Source: Chiloscyllium plagiosum
Taxonomy: Eukaryota
Length of the DNA stretch: 41,635 nucleotides
Reading direction: 5' to 3'
NCBI RefSeq assembly: GCF_004010195.1
Contig: NC_057718.1
Span: forward strand, 82,678,792 to 82,720,426
Shown: positions 1-11,696 of the stretch, piece by piece
Layout of the letters: each line of letters starts with the position of its first letter
How positions within the stretch are numbered: the first letter of the stretch is position 1
Notes under the pieces: model-generated
The model's input: only the letters and a program-made list of their open reading frames with translations
Databases searched by the model: none
Told to the model about the DNA's origin: nothing
Position numbers and translations under genes: made by a program

Positions 1-178
1 TACATTTGCAACATTTAAGAGGCATTTGGATGGTTATATGAATAGGAAGAGTTTGGAGGGATATGGACCGGGTGCTGGCAAGTGGGACTAGATTGGGTTG
101 GGATATCTGGTCGGCATGGACAGGTTAGACCGAATGGTCTGTTTCCATGCTGTACATCTCTATGACTCTATGACTCTA
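1..178 (+). mobile_element. CR1-clade LINE 3' end (continues from upstream of window)
   Basis: Near-identical to the 3' ends at 6570-6738 and 29385-29562; ends in a (CTATGACT)n tail at ~160-178. Confidence 0.85.
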
Positions 179-404
179 TATTGACAATATTAAAAACCAA
201 ACTTGATTGGAGTTTGTTTTTTTGGGGGGTATAATTTAAACTGATTGGTCTAATTTAAATTTGTTTTTGTCTCCAGGCAACCGGCTACACTAACTGCTGA
301 ACCAAAACGTTACATTGTATCTTGTTCAGAACACTTGGTGCCATCAGGTACTTCTGCTAGCTTTTAACTTTCTTAAAGGTACAGTACTCTTCTACAACTT
401 TATA

Positions 405-785
405 ACAATATTGAGTACTGAGGCTGTTGCCCTGATGCCGTCATTGTGGGGGATGCTGGTGTCGAGTACTGACATGTCCATTGTGACGAGGAATGTTCCC
501 AGTTCTACTGGTCCATGGGTGCTGAGTTTCTGTAAAACAATCTGTAGTGTCGCGACAGAAGCTGGGGGTCCCCTGTACAATGGGTTTCAAGATGCCTTCA
601 ACATTGCCAGAGAGGTTCTCACACAGGGTTCCATTGCCTGACACAATGGGACGTCCCGGTGTCTCCGCATTGTGTATTTTCGGAAGGCAGTAGAAGTCAC
701 CTACGCGAGAAGTACATGGGATGAGGGCGCTTAGGGAACTCTGAAGGACTGGATCATTAGGAAAGTATCGACAGGAGAGGAATGG
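405..785 (-). mobile_element. Penelope-like element reverse transcriptase fragment (frameshifted)
   Basis: Minus strand reads DFYCLPKIHNAETPGRPIVSGNGTLCENLS...LKPIVQGTPSFCRDTTD, then in another frame LVTMDMSVLDTSIPHNDGI. These match the PLE RT motifs FYxLPKIH, RPIVS and DVxSLYTSIP. Confidence 0.8.
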
Positions 786-1216
786 AAATTTTAGTTTTCT
801 GAAGCAAAATCAGTCACCCCATGAAAAAGGACCAAAAATAATTCAGGTGCAAGACCAGGAGACATTGCTACATTGTGGGCTAATGCAGCAGCTACTTTGC
901 AATGCAGCAAAATTCAAACAACTGAATTGGGTTTGGGTTCCTTCAAATTAAACCATGTGTACCTTCTATGCCCTGTCTGGATTTTTTTGTGTCATCTTCA
1001 AACTTAGCGAGAGTACTTTCATTTTTTTCAATCAAATCATTAATATATATTGTAACTAAGTATGGCCCAGCACTAATCCCTGTGTCATTCTATTAGCTAC
1101 AAATTGCCATGTTGAAAATGCCACTCTCATTCCTACATTTGGTCTTTTCTTAATTAGAGCTGAAAATGTGTAGCTGGAAAAGCACAGCAGGTCAGGCAGC
1201 ATCCAAGGAGCAGGAG

Positions 1217-1251
1217 AATCGACGTTTCGGGCATGAGCCCTTCTTCAGGAA
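1217..1251 (-). ncRNA. Minimal hammerhead ribozyme motif, intact core
   Basis: Reverse complement is UUC-CUGAAGA-A-GGGC-UCAU-GCCC-GAAA-CGUC-GAUU: CUGANGA box, 4-bp stem II, GAAA box and GUC triplet. Confidence 0.7.
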
Positions 1252-1256
1252 AGGAG

Positions 1257-1291
1257 AATCGACGTTTCGGGCATGAGCTCTTCTTCAGGAA
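1257..1291 (-). ncRNA. Second tandem hammerhead motif (one stem II mismatch)
   Basis: Reverse complement is CUGAAGA-A-GAGC-UCAU-GCCC-GAAA-CGUC, 40 nt from the first copy. Confidence 0.55.
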
Positions 1292-1450
1292 TTGCTGCCT
1301 GACCTGCTGCGCTTTTCCAGCAACACATTTTCAGCTGCTCCTTGGCTGCTGCCTGACCTGCTGCGCTTTTCCAGCAACACATTTTCAGCCATGATCTCCA
1401 GCATCTGCAGTCCTCACTTTCTTTTCTTAATTAGCCTATCCTTTATGCTA

Positions 1451-1577
1451 GGAGAAAGTGAGGACTGCAGATGCTGGAGATCAGAACTGAAAATGTGTTG
1501 CTGGAAAAGCGCAGCAGGTCAGGCAGCATCCAAGGAGCAGGAGAATCGACATTTCGGGATTAAGCCCTTCTTCAGGA
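1451..1577 (-). mobile_element. Short PLE-terminal unit (~127 bp) with decayed hammerhead
   Basis: Mostly the reverse complement of 19978-20070, extended to the CTCACTTTCTCC end; 13-bp TSD ATCCTTTATGCTA at 1438-1450 and 1578-1590. Confidence 0.85.
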
Positions 1578-1691
1578 ATCCTTTATGCTAATATATAACT
1601 TCCAACACTACGGGCACATATCTTACAAAGCAGGCTAACTTGCAGTACTTGCTCAAATACCTTGTGGACATCCAAATATCTTACATCAACT

Positions 1692-3872
1692 GGGGCTTTT
1701 TTAGTGCAGTGGTAGTGTCCCTATCTTTGAGCCAGAGTAGCCCAGGTTCAAGTCCAACCTGCTCCAGAGGTGAGTTACAACAGCTGCCTCATTGAGTAAA
1801 GTAACAGCTTGACATAATCATACTTTACAACCATTGTTCCATCTCTCAGTATTTCATGTCCCACCCAGCAGGGCATCTGCACAGTAGAGGGAGTTGGCCT
1901 GTGTTTGTTCAAATTTGATTTCGGACTCATGAAGTCTCATGGCATCTGATCAAACACGAGCAAAGAAATCTCCTAATTACCGTTCACCGCTTGGAGGAAG
2001 ACTGAGGATGGCAAGGGCACAGATGGTATTGTGGTTGGGGACTTCAATATCAATCACTAAAACTGGCTCAGTAACACCACTACTTCCAGAACTAGTCAAG
2101 TCGAGAAGGATATATCTGCCAGAATCGGTTTGCAGCAGGCAGTGAGGGAGTCTAAAAGAGGGATAAAACTACAAGATATTTCCCTTGTTGATCTATCTGT
2201 CTCAGATGCAAGTGCCCATGATATAATCAAAGGAGTGACAACCATACAGTCCTAGTGAAGGCGAAGATCCCATGCTGCTCAATACTACTACTGTGTTAAA
2301 TGAAAGAACCGTGAAGTGCTTTGGGTCATCAGTGGCAGCAGAGTTGTATCCAACTATAATCTGTAACCCCATAGCTTGCTATTTCCTTCACTCTATCATT
2401 ACCATCAAAGCAAGAGATTGACCCTGGTTCAATGAAGAGTGCAGGAGGGCATGCCAGGAGCAGTACTAGGCACACCTAAACATAAAATGTCAACATGAAG
2501 TTACAACACGGCATGCCAAACAGTGGAAGCAGGAAGTGATGAACAATGATTTCACAATCAATGGATCAGACCAAAGCAGTCTTGCCATGTCAGTAAAAAA
2601 TGGATTGTGACGGACAATTAAGTAACTAGCAGGAGGAGGAGTCCTCACTATCTTTAATGATGGGGGAGCCCAGTGCATCAGTGAAAACATACAGCTGAAG
2701 TGTCTGCAACTGCCTTCAGCCAGAAGTGCCAAGTGTGTCTAATCTCAGCTTCCTCCTGAGGACCCAACATCACAGATGCCAATATGCAGCCAAATCAATT
2801 CATTCCATGTGATAAAGAGAAATGGCTAAAGGCACTGGATACTGCAAAAAACTGACAATTTCAAAACTGATTGAAAGCCTAACCAAATTGGTCCATTACA
2901 GTTACAACACTGTCATCTATCCTATAATGTGTAAAATTGCTCAGGTACGTCCCATCTATCAAAAACAGGGCAAATTCAACCCAGCCAATCTCCGCCCAAC
3001 GGCTTTTTGATTTTAAGGAAAGCGTTTGAACGTCAATAGTGCATTTAAACCATACTTACCAATTAAAAACCCTACTCACTGACATTCAGTTTAAGATCCA
3101 TGAGAGCCATTTGGCCTCAGTATTGCTGGCCAGAGGCAGTGGTGGAGGCTAGTACAATTACAGCATTTAAAAAGGCATTTGGATCGGTATATGAATAGGA
3201 AGGGTTTAGAGGGATATGGGTCAAGTGCTGACAAATGGGATTAGATTAGATTAGGATATCTGGTTGGCATGGACAAGTTGGACCGAAGGGTCTGCTTCCA
3301 TACTGTACATCACTATGACTCTGTAGTCCAAACATGGACAAAACAGCTGAACACAAGAGGTGAGGTAGGATTGACTGCCCTTGATGTTAAGAGTGTATTT
3401 AGCCAAGTCCTGGCAAAACTAGAGTCAATGGGAATCAAGAGGAAAACTCTCCATTAGTTGGAATCATACCTGAGACAATTGAAAGTTGTGTTTGTTGGAG
3501 ATGAATCACCTCAATCATTCAGTTCAAAATAATCTATTGAGAGTTCATGTACCAACTTAAATGTTCACTCCCTCCACTACTGACACATCCTGACAGCAGA
3601 GTGTACCATATCCAAGATGTACTCCAGCAACTCACCAAAGCCGCTGTTTCAGCACCTTCCTAACACTAGATATTTACGTTGGAAGGACAAGTGTAACACC
3701 AGTGTTCCCTCACCATTCTTGGTTTAAAATTCTTGAATTCTCTGCTGAACCATATTGTGGGAGTACCAGATTGACTGCAATGGTTCAAGAAGGCAACTCA
3801 CCATCACTTTTTCGAGGGCAATTAGGGATGGGAAATAAATGTTAGTCTCACCAATGCCTATATCCCATTAAA
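1692..3872 (+). mobile_element. Degenerate, internally deleted EN-RT LINE (CR1/L2-like) preceded by a tRNA-like head; related to 12082-15230
   Basis: A-box-like TAGTGCAGTGG (~1702) and B-box-like GGTTCAAGTCC (~1745); EN remnant TTGGGGACTTCAAT (GDFN, ~2035); RT remnant CKIAQVRPIYQKQGKFNPANLRP (2822-3010 ORF); 3' tail GGGCAATTAGGGATGGGAAATAAATG at ~3816. Confidence 0.7.
3128..3322 (+). mobile_element. CR1 3' end nested in the older LINE
   Basis: Matches the 6545-6738 CR1 terminus; ends in CTATGACTCT. Confidence 0.8.
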
Positions 3873-4254
3873 GTACTTACAAAATGGTAATGATTGCATC
3901 AAATAGGTAAAGACCAAATAACCTGTCCTAACTTTCATTGGCAACACCCTCACCCTCATCTTTAACATCCTGGAAGTTAATCAGAAATGGAACTGATGGG
4001 GCATATCATCAACGTTGTTCAAAAGAAGCAGGGTAATGATTGTCGTAATTGTGACAAGTGGCTTCTCTCCTGACTCCTTTTTATGCCTTATTACTTCCTT
4101 TCAGGCAGGAGTGTGATGGAACACTCACTTGGTCAAATGCATCTATAAACAATTTATGTTTATGTAGTGCTTTTAACAGAAGGAAAAAAGTCCCAATGTG
4201 CCTAACACAAGAAACACCACACAGCCCAGGGGAGAACAATCCACTTAATTGGTA

Positions 4255-4486
4255 ACACAAACAGAAATTGCTGGAAAAGCTCAACAGGTCTGGCAACATC
4301 AGTTTAGATAAATCAAAGGTTAACATTTTGGTTGAGTGACCCTTCCTCAGAAGATTCTGAGGAAGGGTCACTCGACCAGCGACATTAACTCTGATTTCTC
4401 TCTCTACAAATGTTGTAAAACCTGCTGAGCTTTTCCGGCATTTTCTGTTTTATTTCTGATATACAGCATTCAGAGTTCTTTCGGTT
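4255..4486. mobile_element. Inverted pair of an older PLE-terminal unit family with degenerate hammerhead
   Basis: Perfect 19-bp inverted arms at 4334-4352 and 4355-4373 containing CTGAGGAAGGGTC; 15-bp TSD TCCACTTAATTGGTA at 4240-4254 and 4487-4501. Confidence 0.75.
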
Positions 4487-4679
4487 TCCACTTAATTGGT
4501 ATCATTGCTACGGGACCCAATTTCCAAACAGTGCATCGCCAATGTGTAGGCTGCTCTAAACTCTATTTACATGATGCAGTGTTGAAACTCGCTAAGTTTA
4601 TTTGGTGACCAGCAACTTGCTTTGTTTCCAATAGAACACCTTCAATTCCCTCACTAATAAAGAGTTTCCACTCTTTTAG

Positions 4680-4942
4680 AAGGGTTGGAGGGTTGTTTTT
4701 CAGACTGGAGGCCTGTGACCAGTGGAGTTCCACAAGGATTGGTGCTGGGTCCACTACCTTTCATCATTTATTATAAATGATTGGAATGTGAGCATAAGAG
4801 GCATATTTAGTAGGTTTGCAGATCGCACCAAAATTGTAGATTTAGTGGACACAAAGAAGGTTACCTCAGATTGCATTGGGATCTTGATCAGATGGCCCAG
4901 TGGGCTGAGAAGTGGCAGATGGAGTTTTATTTAGATAAATAG
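4680..4942 (+). mobile_element. CR1 ORF2 RT fragment
   Basis: Closely similar to 5681-5946 (SDWRPVTSGVPQG...SRFAD). Confidence 0.8.
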
Positions 4943-5506
4943 AGCAATGTGTCTGACAAAATTCAGAGGATATTTCATAGTAACACCCTTCATGCTGGAA
5001 GTTAACAGTACTTTAACACATCAAAATTTAGCCCTTCCTGTCCTGTTTCGTGAATACAAAGTGTGAATTCTGGGCTGCTCCCACAAATAAAATATAATAA
5101 AATTCTCCAAACAAAAGCAGAGGAGTACTGTACTGATGTATGTCAGTGCCTTTTTGGCATGCTGCTGAGGTAAGTTCTCAGTGTATCAAATGAAGGTGTC
5201 TACCTGCATGTGTTACAATAACTGATGACACTGCCAAATTATTTTACCCATCTGGTTAAGGACCATTGACATCTTTGTGTAAAGTAGATGAAGTTTGTGA
5301 CCCTTCTAAGGGAATAAAGATCCCACAATCTTGAACAAGCAAACTAAACTTTACCGTACAATGTTAGTAAAGTGAAAAATTTGTGTATATACAAACGTAT
5401 AAAATTGGTACTCTAATATTCAGCATTAACATAATGTATAGGTGAACATCCAAAGAGGTCATTAATTCGCTGATGTGGCCAAGACAGATTTCACAGATTT
5501 CTCAGC

Positions 5507-5648
5507 AACTGATCCGTCCCAGAAAAGAGTGGAAGTACGGGTCACCAGATCTCATTAAAACTTCAAGTTCTTTCACATGGGATTTCAAATCTTCATTTTT
5601 GAAAATCTAGTATTGGAATGCTTTCAAAGGCCACTCCATATGGGAATA
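5507..5648. repeat. Unclassified repeat, copy 1 left part (continues at 6739 after the CR1 insertion)
   Basis: Aligns by eye with 7808-7950 (CAACTGATCCGTCC...AGATCTCATTAAAACTTCAA...GCCACTCCA). Confidence 0.6.
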
Positions 5649-5649
5649 T

Positions 5650-6738
5650 TGGCTATAGAACTATCTCAAAGGTAGAAGACAGAGGGTGGTGGTGGAGGGT
5701 TGTTTTTCAGACTGGAGGCCTGTGACCAGTGGAGTGTCACAAGGATCGGTTCTGGGTCCACTACCTTTCATCATTTATACAAATGATTTGGATACGAGCA
5801 TAAGTGGTACAGTTAGTAAGTTTGCAGATGACATCAAAATTGGAGGTGTAGTGGACAGCGAAGAAGGTTATCTCAGATTACAATGGGATCTTGATCAGAT
5901 GGGCCAATAGGCTGAGAAATGGCAGATGGAGTTTTATTTAGATAAATGTGAGATGCCGCATTTTGGGAAAGCAAATGTTAGCAGGACTTATATACTTAAT
6001 GGGAAGGTCCTAGAGAGTATTGCTGAACAAAGTGATCTTGGAGTGCAGGTTCATAGCTCCTTGAAAGTGGAGTCGCAGGTAGATAGGATAGTGAAGAAGG
6101 CATTTGGTATGCTTTCCTTTATTAGTCAGAGTATTGAGTACAGGAGTTGGGAGGTCATGTTGCGGCTGTACAGGACATTGGTTAGGCCACTGTTGGAATA
6201 TTGCGTGCAATTCTAGTCACCTTCCTATCGGAAAGATGTTGTGAAACCTGAAAGGATTCAGAAAAGATTTACAAGGATGTTGCCAGGGTTGGAGGATTTG
6301 AGCTGTAGGGAGAGGTTGAATAGGCTAGGGCTGTTTTCCCTGGAGCATCGGAATCTGAGGGGTGACCTTATAGAGGTTTATAAAATCATAAGGGACATGG
6401 ATAGGATAAATAGACAAAGTCTTTTCCCTGGGGTCGGGGAGTCCAGAACTAGAGAGCATAGGTTTAGGGTGAGTGGGGAAAGATATAAAAGAGTCCTAAA
6501 GGGCAACTTTTTCACACAGAGGGTGGTACATGTATGGAATAAGCTGCCAGAGGAAGTGGTGGAGGGTGGTACAATTGAACATTTAAGAGGCATCAGGATG
6601 GGTATATGAATAGGAAGGGTTTGGAGGGATATGGGCCGGGTGCTGGCAGGTGGGACTAGATTGGGTTGAGATATCTGGCCGGCATGGACGGGTTGGACCC
6701 CAGGGTCTGCTTCCATGCTGTACATCTCTATGACTCTA
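5650..6738 (+). mobile_element. 5'-truncated CR1 LINE (ORF2 RT C-terminal half and 3' UTR), with premature stops
   Basis: ORFs 5686-5910 (SGVSQGSVLGP, SKFADD), 5926-6216 (LYRTLVRPLLEYCVQF) and 6241-6609 (RGDLIEVYKI, FFTQRVVHVWNKLP); CTATGACT tail. Confidence 0.92.
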
Positions 6739-6910
6739 TCTCGATGACTGCTCACATCCTTGTAGTTCAATCTCTTCCCAAGAGATTGCATTCCACAGGT
6801 TTCCTAAGAGGGCACTTCAATATCTACTCACTCGAATAATTCCAGTTTTGTCATAGACAACATCTTTCATTAAGGTGACATTGCCCCAGATTTCCTTGGA
6901 CCTCAATCTT
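6739..6910. repeat. Unclassified repeat, copy 1 right part
   Basis: Aligns with 7951-8120 (GATGACTG-TCACATCCT-GTAGTTCAATCT...ACTTCAATATCTACTCA). Confidence 0.6.
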
Positions 6911-7379
6911 CCTCAGTTTTACCAAGCTGGGATGACCTGTGAGCTTCCTACATTCCCATTTATCAAATGCCTCATCAAACCACATTGAGTTCACAGTTAT
7001 TCAGAGCTGACAGCAGCAATTTAGCTTGTATGTGGAAAGATTCTTTGGCTGCTCCTTTCTTTTCAAAAGAGAACCAGCAATCTTCATTGTCTTCCCATTT
7101 CCACAGGCCTTCTCCTGAGCCCTGACTGCCTTGAGATGTAACACCACACCTCTGCTACAAGGAGCCTGTTCTCCTGCATCTAAATACTTGATTGACCAGC
7201 AGCCCAAAGATAGTAACCTTCTGCTTTGAATGTCTCCTAACAGCATTGAGTCATCTTTTCTGACTTTGTCATCAATTAAAACTAACTGACCCTTGAACTG
7301 CTGTCCACTAACAATTGAGCTAATCTGGATGACCTATCAAAACTTTCCAAGGGAGTCGCACCTTTATTTGTAGGCAAGA

Positions 7380-7665
7380 ACATGTGATTCAACCACTGGG
7401 GGTGGGGCTTGATTCTTACAATCTCAACAAAACGCAAGCACATACAGCACAAATTGATACAGATAAAAGGACCTTATCACAGATGCCAAAGCCAACAGCA
7501 AGCTGTCCAATTTGGCAAGACTGCATACCAAAGTTTGTAATGGCCTGGTCCGTGGGTTGTTGTTTCTCGATGAGACCACAGTGACGGCAAAGACAGAAAT
7601 TCACTTGCAACAGCTTGCGTCCCAGTTCTTCCTGCACGGCAAGGAATCAAGCATCAGGAAACCCA
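7380..7665 (+). mobile_element. Possible degenerate RTE-clade ORF fragment
   Basis: TAKTEIHLQQLASQFFLHGKES loosely resembles the RTE motif TKxxxYxAxVxSxLLYGxE; lies upstream of the clearer RTE 3' end at 8335. Confidence 0.35.
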
Positions 7666-7807
7666 AAGTTATGGACCATTACATTGGGACTGTATCCTCC
7701 AGCAATATTGTCATACCTTGGGTTAATAATTACCAGTAATTTGCTCTTTGATGCTGAGCTCCCTAGGCTGTAATTGTCATGTCAATGCTGAATCAATCCA
7801 GTGTGGC

Positions 7808-8120
7808 ACAACTGATCCGTCCTCCAGATAAAGGTGAAATCTGGGCTATTAGATCTCATTAAAACTTCAATGTTTTCACACTGCACTCCAAATCTTCACT
7901 TTTGAAGATTTATCTTTGGAATGTCTTCCAAAGCCACTCCACATGGTAATGTCTCAATGACTGATCACATCCTGGTAGTTCAATCTATTCCCAAGGAATT
8001 ACATTCCACTGGATTCCCGAGGGTGTACTTCAATATCTACTCATTGAAATACTTCTAGCTCTTTCACAAACAATTTGCTTCAGTAAGCTGGTGTTGTGCC
8101 AGGTTTCTCTAAACCTCAAT
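7808..8120. repeat. Unclassified repeat, copy 2 (uninterrupted)
   Basis: Diverged direct copy of 5507-5648 plus 6739-6910. Confidence 0.6.
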
Positions 8121-8334
8121 TGTCTTCAACGGTACCAAGCAGGAACCACTTGGTACAAAACCCCCTGTGTCCCAGTCTTGTGTTCTCAGCATCGTTCGTA
8201 ATAGTTGTGTAATGCGAACAACGTATGCAAAACAAGAATAGTGGCTGTACAGGTACCACCTCTCCTAGGCAAACAAATATTGTTCTACTCCTCGGAGGAC
8301 TAGCTTGCATGAATTCCCAGCATGTCTGCTTTCG

Positions 8335-8775
8335 TGAGTCAGCAGAACTTGGTGAGCCAAAGAGATGACAATGACACCCACAAAGTTATGCTTTGTGAAG
8401 AGCTTGCTATTGGCCTAAGACCAACAGGTTGCCCACATCTGCAATAGGAGGATGTCTGCAAGTGAGACTTGGAGCTGACTGGGATCAAAGTTGATGCATG
8501 GCAATTCCTCACTGCTGACCAGAATACCTGGAAACAAGCAATCAGGAAAAACATGAGAAAAGGCAAACGGTGTAAGAAATAACTGGGTGGCAGAACAGGG
8601 ATTATGCTGGAAGGAAAAAAGATCAGTTGCTTTCACTATTCACCTGTGCCAGCTGCAAAAAGGATAACCGCTCTTGCTTTCTCTTCTACAACCACAATGC
8701 ATGATTTTCAGTCCAACACTTTGGCATACACGTTGAGTCTATTATCTCCCAAGAGGGACTGAACCCATTGATTTG
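8335..8775 (+). mobile_element. RTE-clade LINE 3' fragment
   Basis: Plus strand reads KVMLCEELAIGLRPTGCPHLQ*EDVCK*DLELTGIKVDAWQFLTADQNTWKQAI, followed by a CxxC (TCASCKK); resembles the RTE ORF C-terminus. Confidence 0.65.
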
Positions 8776-10970
8776 ACTTCGGGTCAGGATGGCCTGTGAC
8801 CTTAATGATTATGTTAGTATTCCCTTCACCAATGCTATTCAACACTGGGTCAGCCAGAGTTTGTGGGGTTAATGGAAGAGCGCCTCATTTGCAGTGTGTA
8901 TGAGAACACCATCTCGGACATTTATTCAGTGTCTGCCTACCCATATACATGAGAGCACACGGAGCCATGGGGGCATTGCCATTATGATGATTAACTCCTG
9001 AGCAAGAGGACTAAATATATATATTTTTGATATTTCTACAAAAATTATCCCCTTTGTGTTTTTGTTCCAAAAGTCAGGCTGGGTCCCAGTGATGGATTCC
9101 ACATTACCCCTTATGCTGTCCGTCATTCTTCATTTATCTTGGTGCACTGCTGTCACTGAAAAACTGGGCTACTAACTTTGATCCAAACTCAGAATTTGTG
9201 AATTTGGTCTCTTCCAGAATGCTAGACAGCAGAAGAAATTATGTGGAACTTTGGCGTCCTTAAAGCTCAGAAGATTAATATTTTTAAAAAATCAAATCAA
9301 AACTCACCTTATCCAGCTCTGACTAAATTATAACGAGCTTTGACCCTGTTTGGCTTAAACAGAATCTACCACAGTTCATCCATCTAGTTATTTTCTTCAC
9401 AAAATCAGCATCTCCACCTATTAAATGGTTAATTTTATCATTTTTAGAGTTTGTTGCCGAAAGATTAAGTAATAAAAAGTTGAAAGTTTCAAATAGGTTT
9501 TAATAAATGATGACAGTTGAAAATTTTCTTTCAAAATGCCTTAGCATTCCGCCCATGGATTTGGGCAAGAGCAAACCTGTCCTACCTGTTTACCCTCCCA
9601 CTCTCCCTTCAAAGTAGGACACGCCCTGTAGGGCACAGCCTCTTTATTAAGTTCCTCGCTGAGGTTGGGAGAACCTCAGCAGACACTTTTACACAAACCT
9701 GTTTGATTGCAGATCCAGCGATAAAACATGGGTTTTCCTTTCTGCAGAACCTACTGCACTTTCTTCTTGAAAGGAATCATTCCCCATGATGTCGTGGTGG
9801 AAAGGAATTTGTTTTGGAGTATTAAGAACAAAAGTATTGATTTTCAGACTGGCTGTGCATGGAAATAATAATAATTCCTCAATAGGGTCCCAGTATTAAT
9901 AATCTCTATTTTATAACACCCCAAGTCAGAAATATCCACAGGGTGTAGGTAAAGAATCCTGTCTAGGGGTAGGTCCGCTTTGGAGGGGCTGCCTGCCCAT
10001 GAACAAGAGCCTGATCTAGAATGTAAGACTACTTTCATAACTCTGTCTTCAGTTGCACCCTTCCTGACAACAACAACTTGTATTCAGATAGCATGTTTAG
10101 TGTGCGAAAACTGGAAGGTGCTTTGCAGGAATGTAATCAAGTAAAATGGATACCAAGCACTTAGAGTAAGTTTAGGGGAGATGATTAAAAGCCATGTCAT
10201 ATCATTAAGTTTTCTGTATCTCTCCATGGTAGTTTAGTGATCTTTGTCCATAGTCAGTTTAGTAACAGCTTAGAGATTGTGAGAGGGAGGTGGAGCAATA
10301 CAGGTGAGCGCTATGCATGTGACAAGTTAATGGGGGAAGGATGTGAGTAATAAAAGGCACTGGTGTAGGAGTGGATCACAGAGTAATATTAGAGATGACT
10401 ATTTCAGCACAGGAGGAGAATCATTCCGAGACAATGGGCTGAATATTAGAAAATATCGGCTAAATGTGATTTTTGTCAAGATTCATGGCAGATTTTCTCT
10501 GCAAGGCAAAATAAAATTTCTCATCCTTTCACCTCAAACTCAGCTCATCAAATAGATACCGTGCCCCTATGGTGTCTCACTCACCCAGTGCTAGTTCACC
10601 TGCTGTGTGTAGGATATATATCCCACGATCATTGGCACTGGTACTACATTTAAAAGGCAGTTGTGCACCCAGTCAAGTGATGACAGTCCCAAGCTGTCCT
10701 GCTTGGTTTGATTAACTTGTCCCAGACATGGTAGAGAAGGGGATATTGGCACTGTATTTTGAAGACTTTGAACATCCTGGTGGACAGGTTGGAGCAGCTA
10801 AAACCCCCAGCACAATGGGCTCCACTGGAAGGCAGGCTCCCTCCAGCCCAGGACTGCACTGAGGTACAGAGGAAGGGGTAAAAAGAACACTTAGATGGCA
10901 CAGATCATATAGGTCAATGCCCAAGGTTCACAGAACATGTAGCATCCTTAGGTTGTGTGTAGTGTATGGG

Positions 10971-11124
10971 CAAAAGTGAGGACTGCAGATGCTGGAGATT
11001 AGAGTCAAAAAGTGTGGTGCTGGAGAGTTGATGAAACATTTCGAGCTTATGCAACATTGACTCTCCTGCTCCTTGGATGCTGACTGATTGGCTGAGCTTT
11101 TCCAGCACCACATTTTTTGATTCT
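10971..11124. mobile_element. Older inverted/rearranged PLE-terminal unit
   Basis: Begins AAAGTGAGGACTGCAGATGCTGGAG; the right part (CTTTTCCAGCACCACATTTTTTGA) is inverted relative to the left. Confidence 0.65.
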
Positions 11125-11241
11125 GTTGGTGTATGTGCGTCTGTGTAATGCAGTTGCCTTTTGAAGGGCATCACATTGCTCGTGATTGTAACCTTCTACC
11201 TCACAGAACAAAATACTTACCCTCTTCCCTTCAAGGTATCC

Positions 11242-11395
11242 TGATGGGTATATGAATAGGAAGGGTTTAGAGGGATATGGGCCAAGTGCTGGCAAATAGG
11301 ACTAGATAAGGCTAGGATTAGGTCAGCATGGACGAGTTGGATTGAAGGGTCTGTTTCCGTGCTGTACATCTCTAGGATGCTATGATTCTATGACT
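11242..11395 (+). mobile_element. CR1 3' UTR fragment
   Basis: GATGGGTATATGAATAGGAAGGGTTTAGAGGGATATGG... with CTATGATTCTATGACT tail. Confidence 0.75.
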
Positions 11396-11568
11396 TTGCT
11401 GTTTCCTGCCCTTATATGTTATGTTCCCCCTCCTCCCCAACTTCATTCCCTCTACAATCCCAGCACTCTGCCTCTAATCCCCACCATTGTGTTTCCCAGC
11501 TTCCCTCTAGCAGCACCAGCCCCTGATGATACCCCTCCCGACATTTAGGGATGGACCTATCAGACTGA

Positions 11569-11696
11569 GAGAAAGTGAGGACTGCAGATGCTGGAGATCA
11601 GAGCTGAAAAATGTGTTGCTGGAAAAGCACAGCAGGTCAGGCAGCATCCAAGGAGCAGGAGAATCGACGGTTTGGGCATAAGCCCTTCTTCAGGAA
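11569..11696 (-). mobile_element. Short PLE-terminal unit with mutated hammerhead (GAAA box lost)
   Basis: Same unit as 1451-1577; TSD TCAGACTGA at 11560-11568 and 11701-11709, with 4 nt of filler. Confidence 0.85.

Larger units (their letters stand above)
1158..1419. mobile_element. Rearranged short PLE-terminal unit: inverted arms plus tandem duplicated hammerhead segment
   Basis: Left arm 1158-1291 is inverted relative to 1293-1419; 40-bp tandem duplication at ~1212-1291; 15-bp TSD TCTTTTCTTAATTAG at 1143-1157 and 1420-1434. Confidence 0.85.

Noticed and set aside
180..397. Possible LTR end
   Set aside because: Ends in CA but no second end, TSD or primer-binding site is visible.
315..641. 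108-aa plus-strand ORF
   Set aside because: It is the antisense shadow of the Penelope RT fragment.
5121..5175. Small plus-strand exon ending GAG/GTAAGT
   Set aside because: The acceptor lacks a pyrimidine tract, the peptide is unrecognisable and no partner exons are evident.
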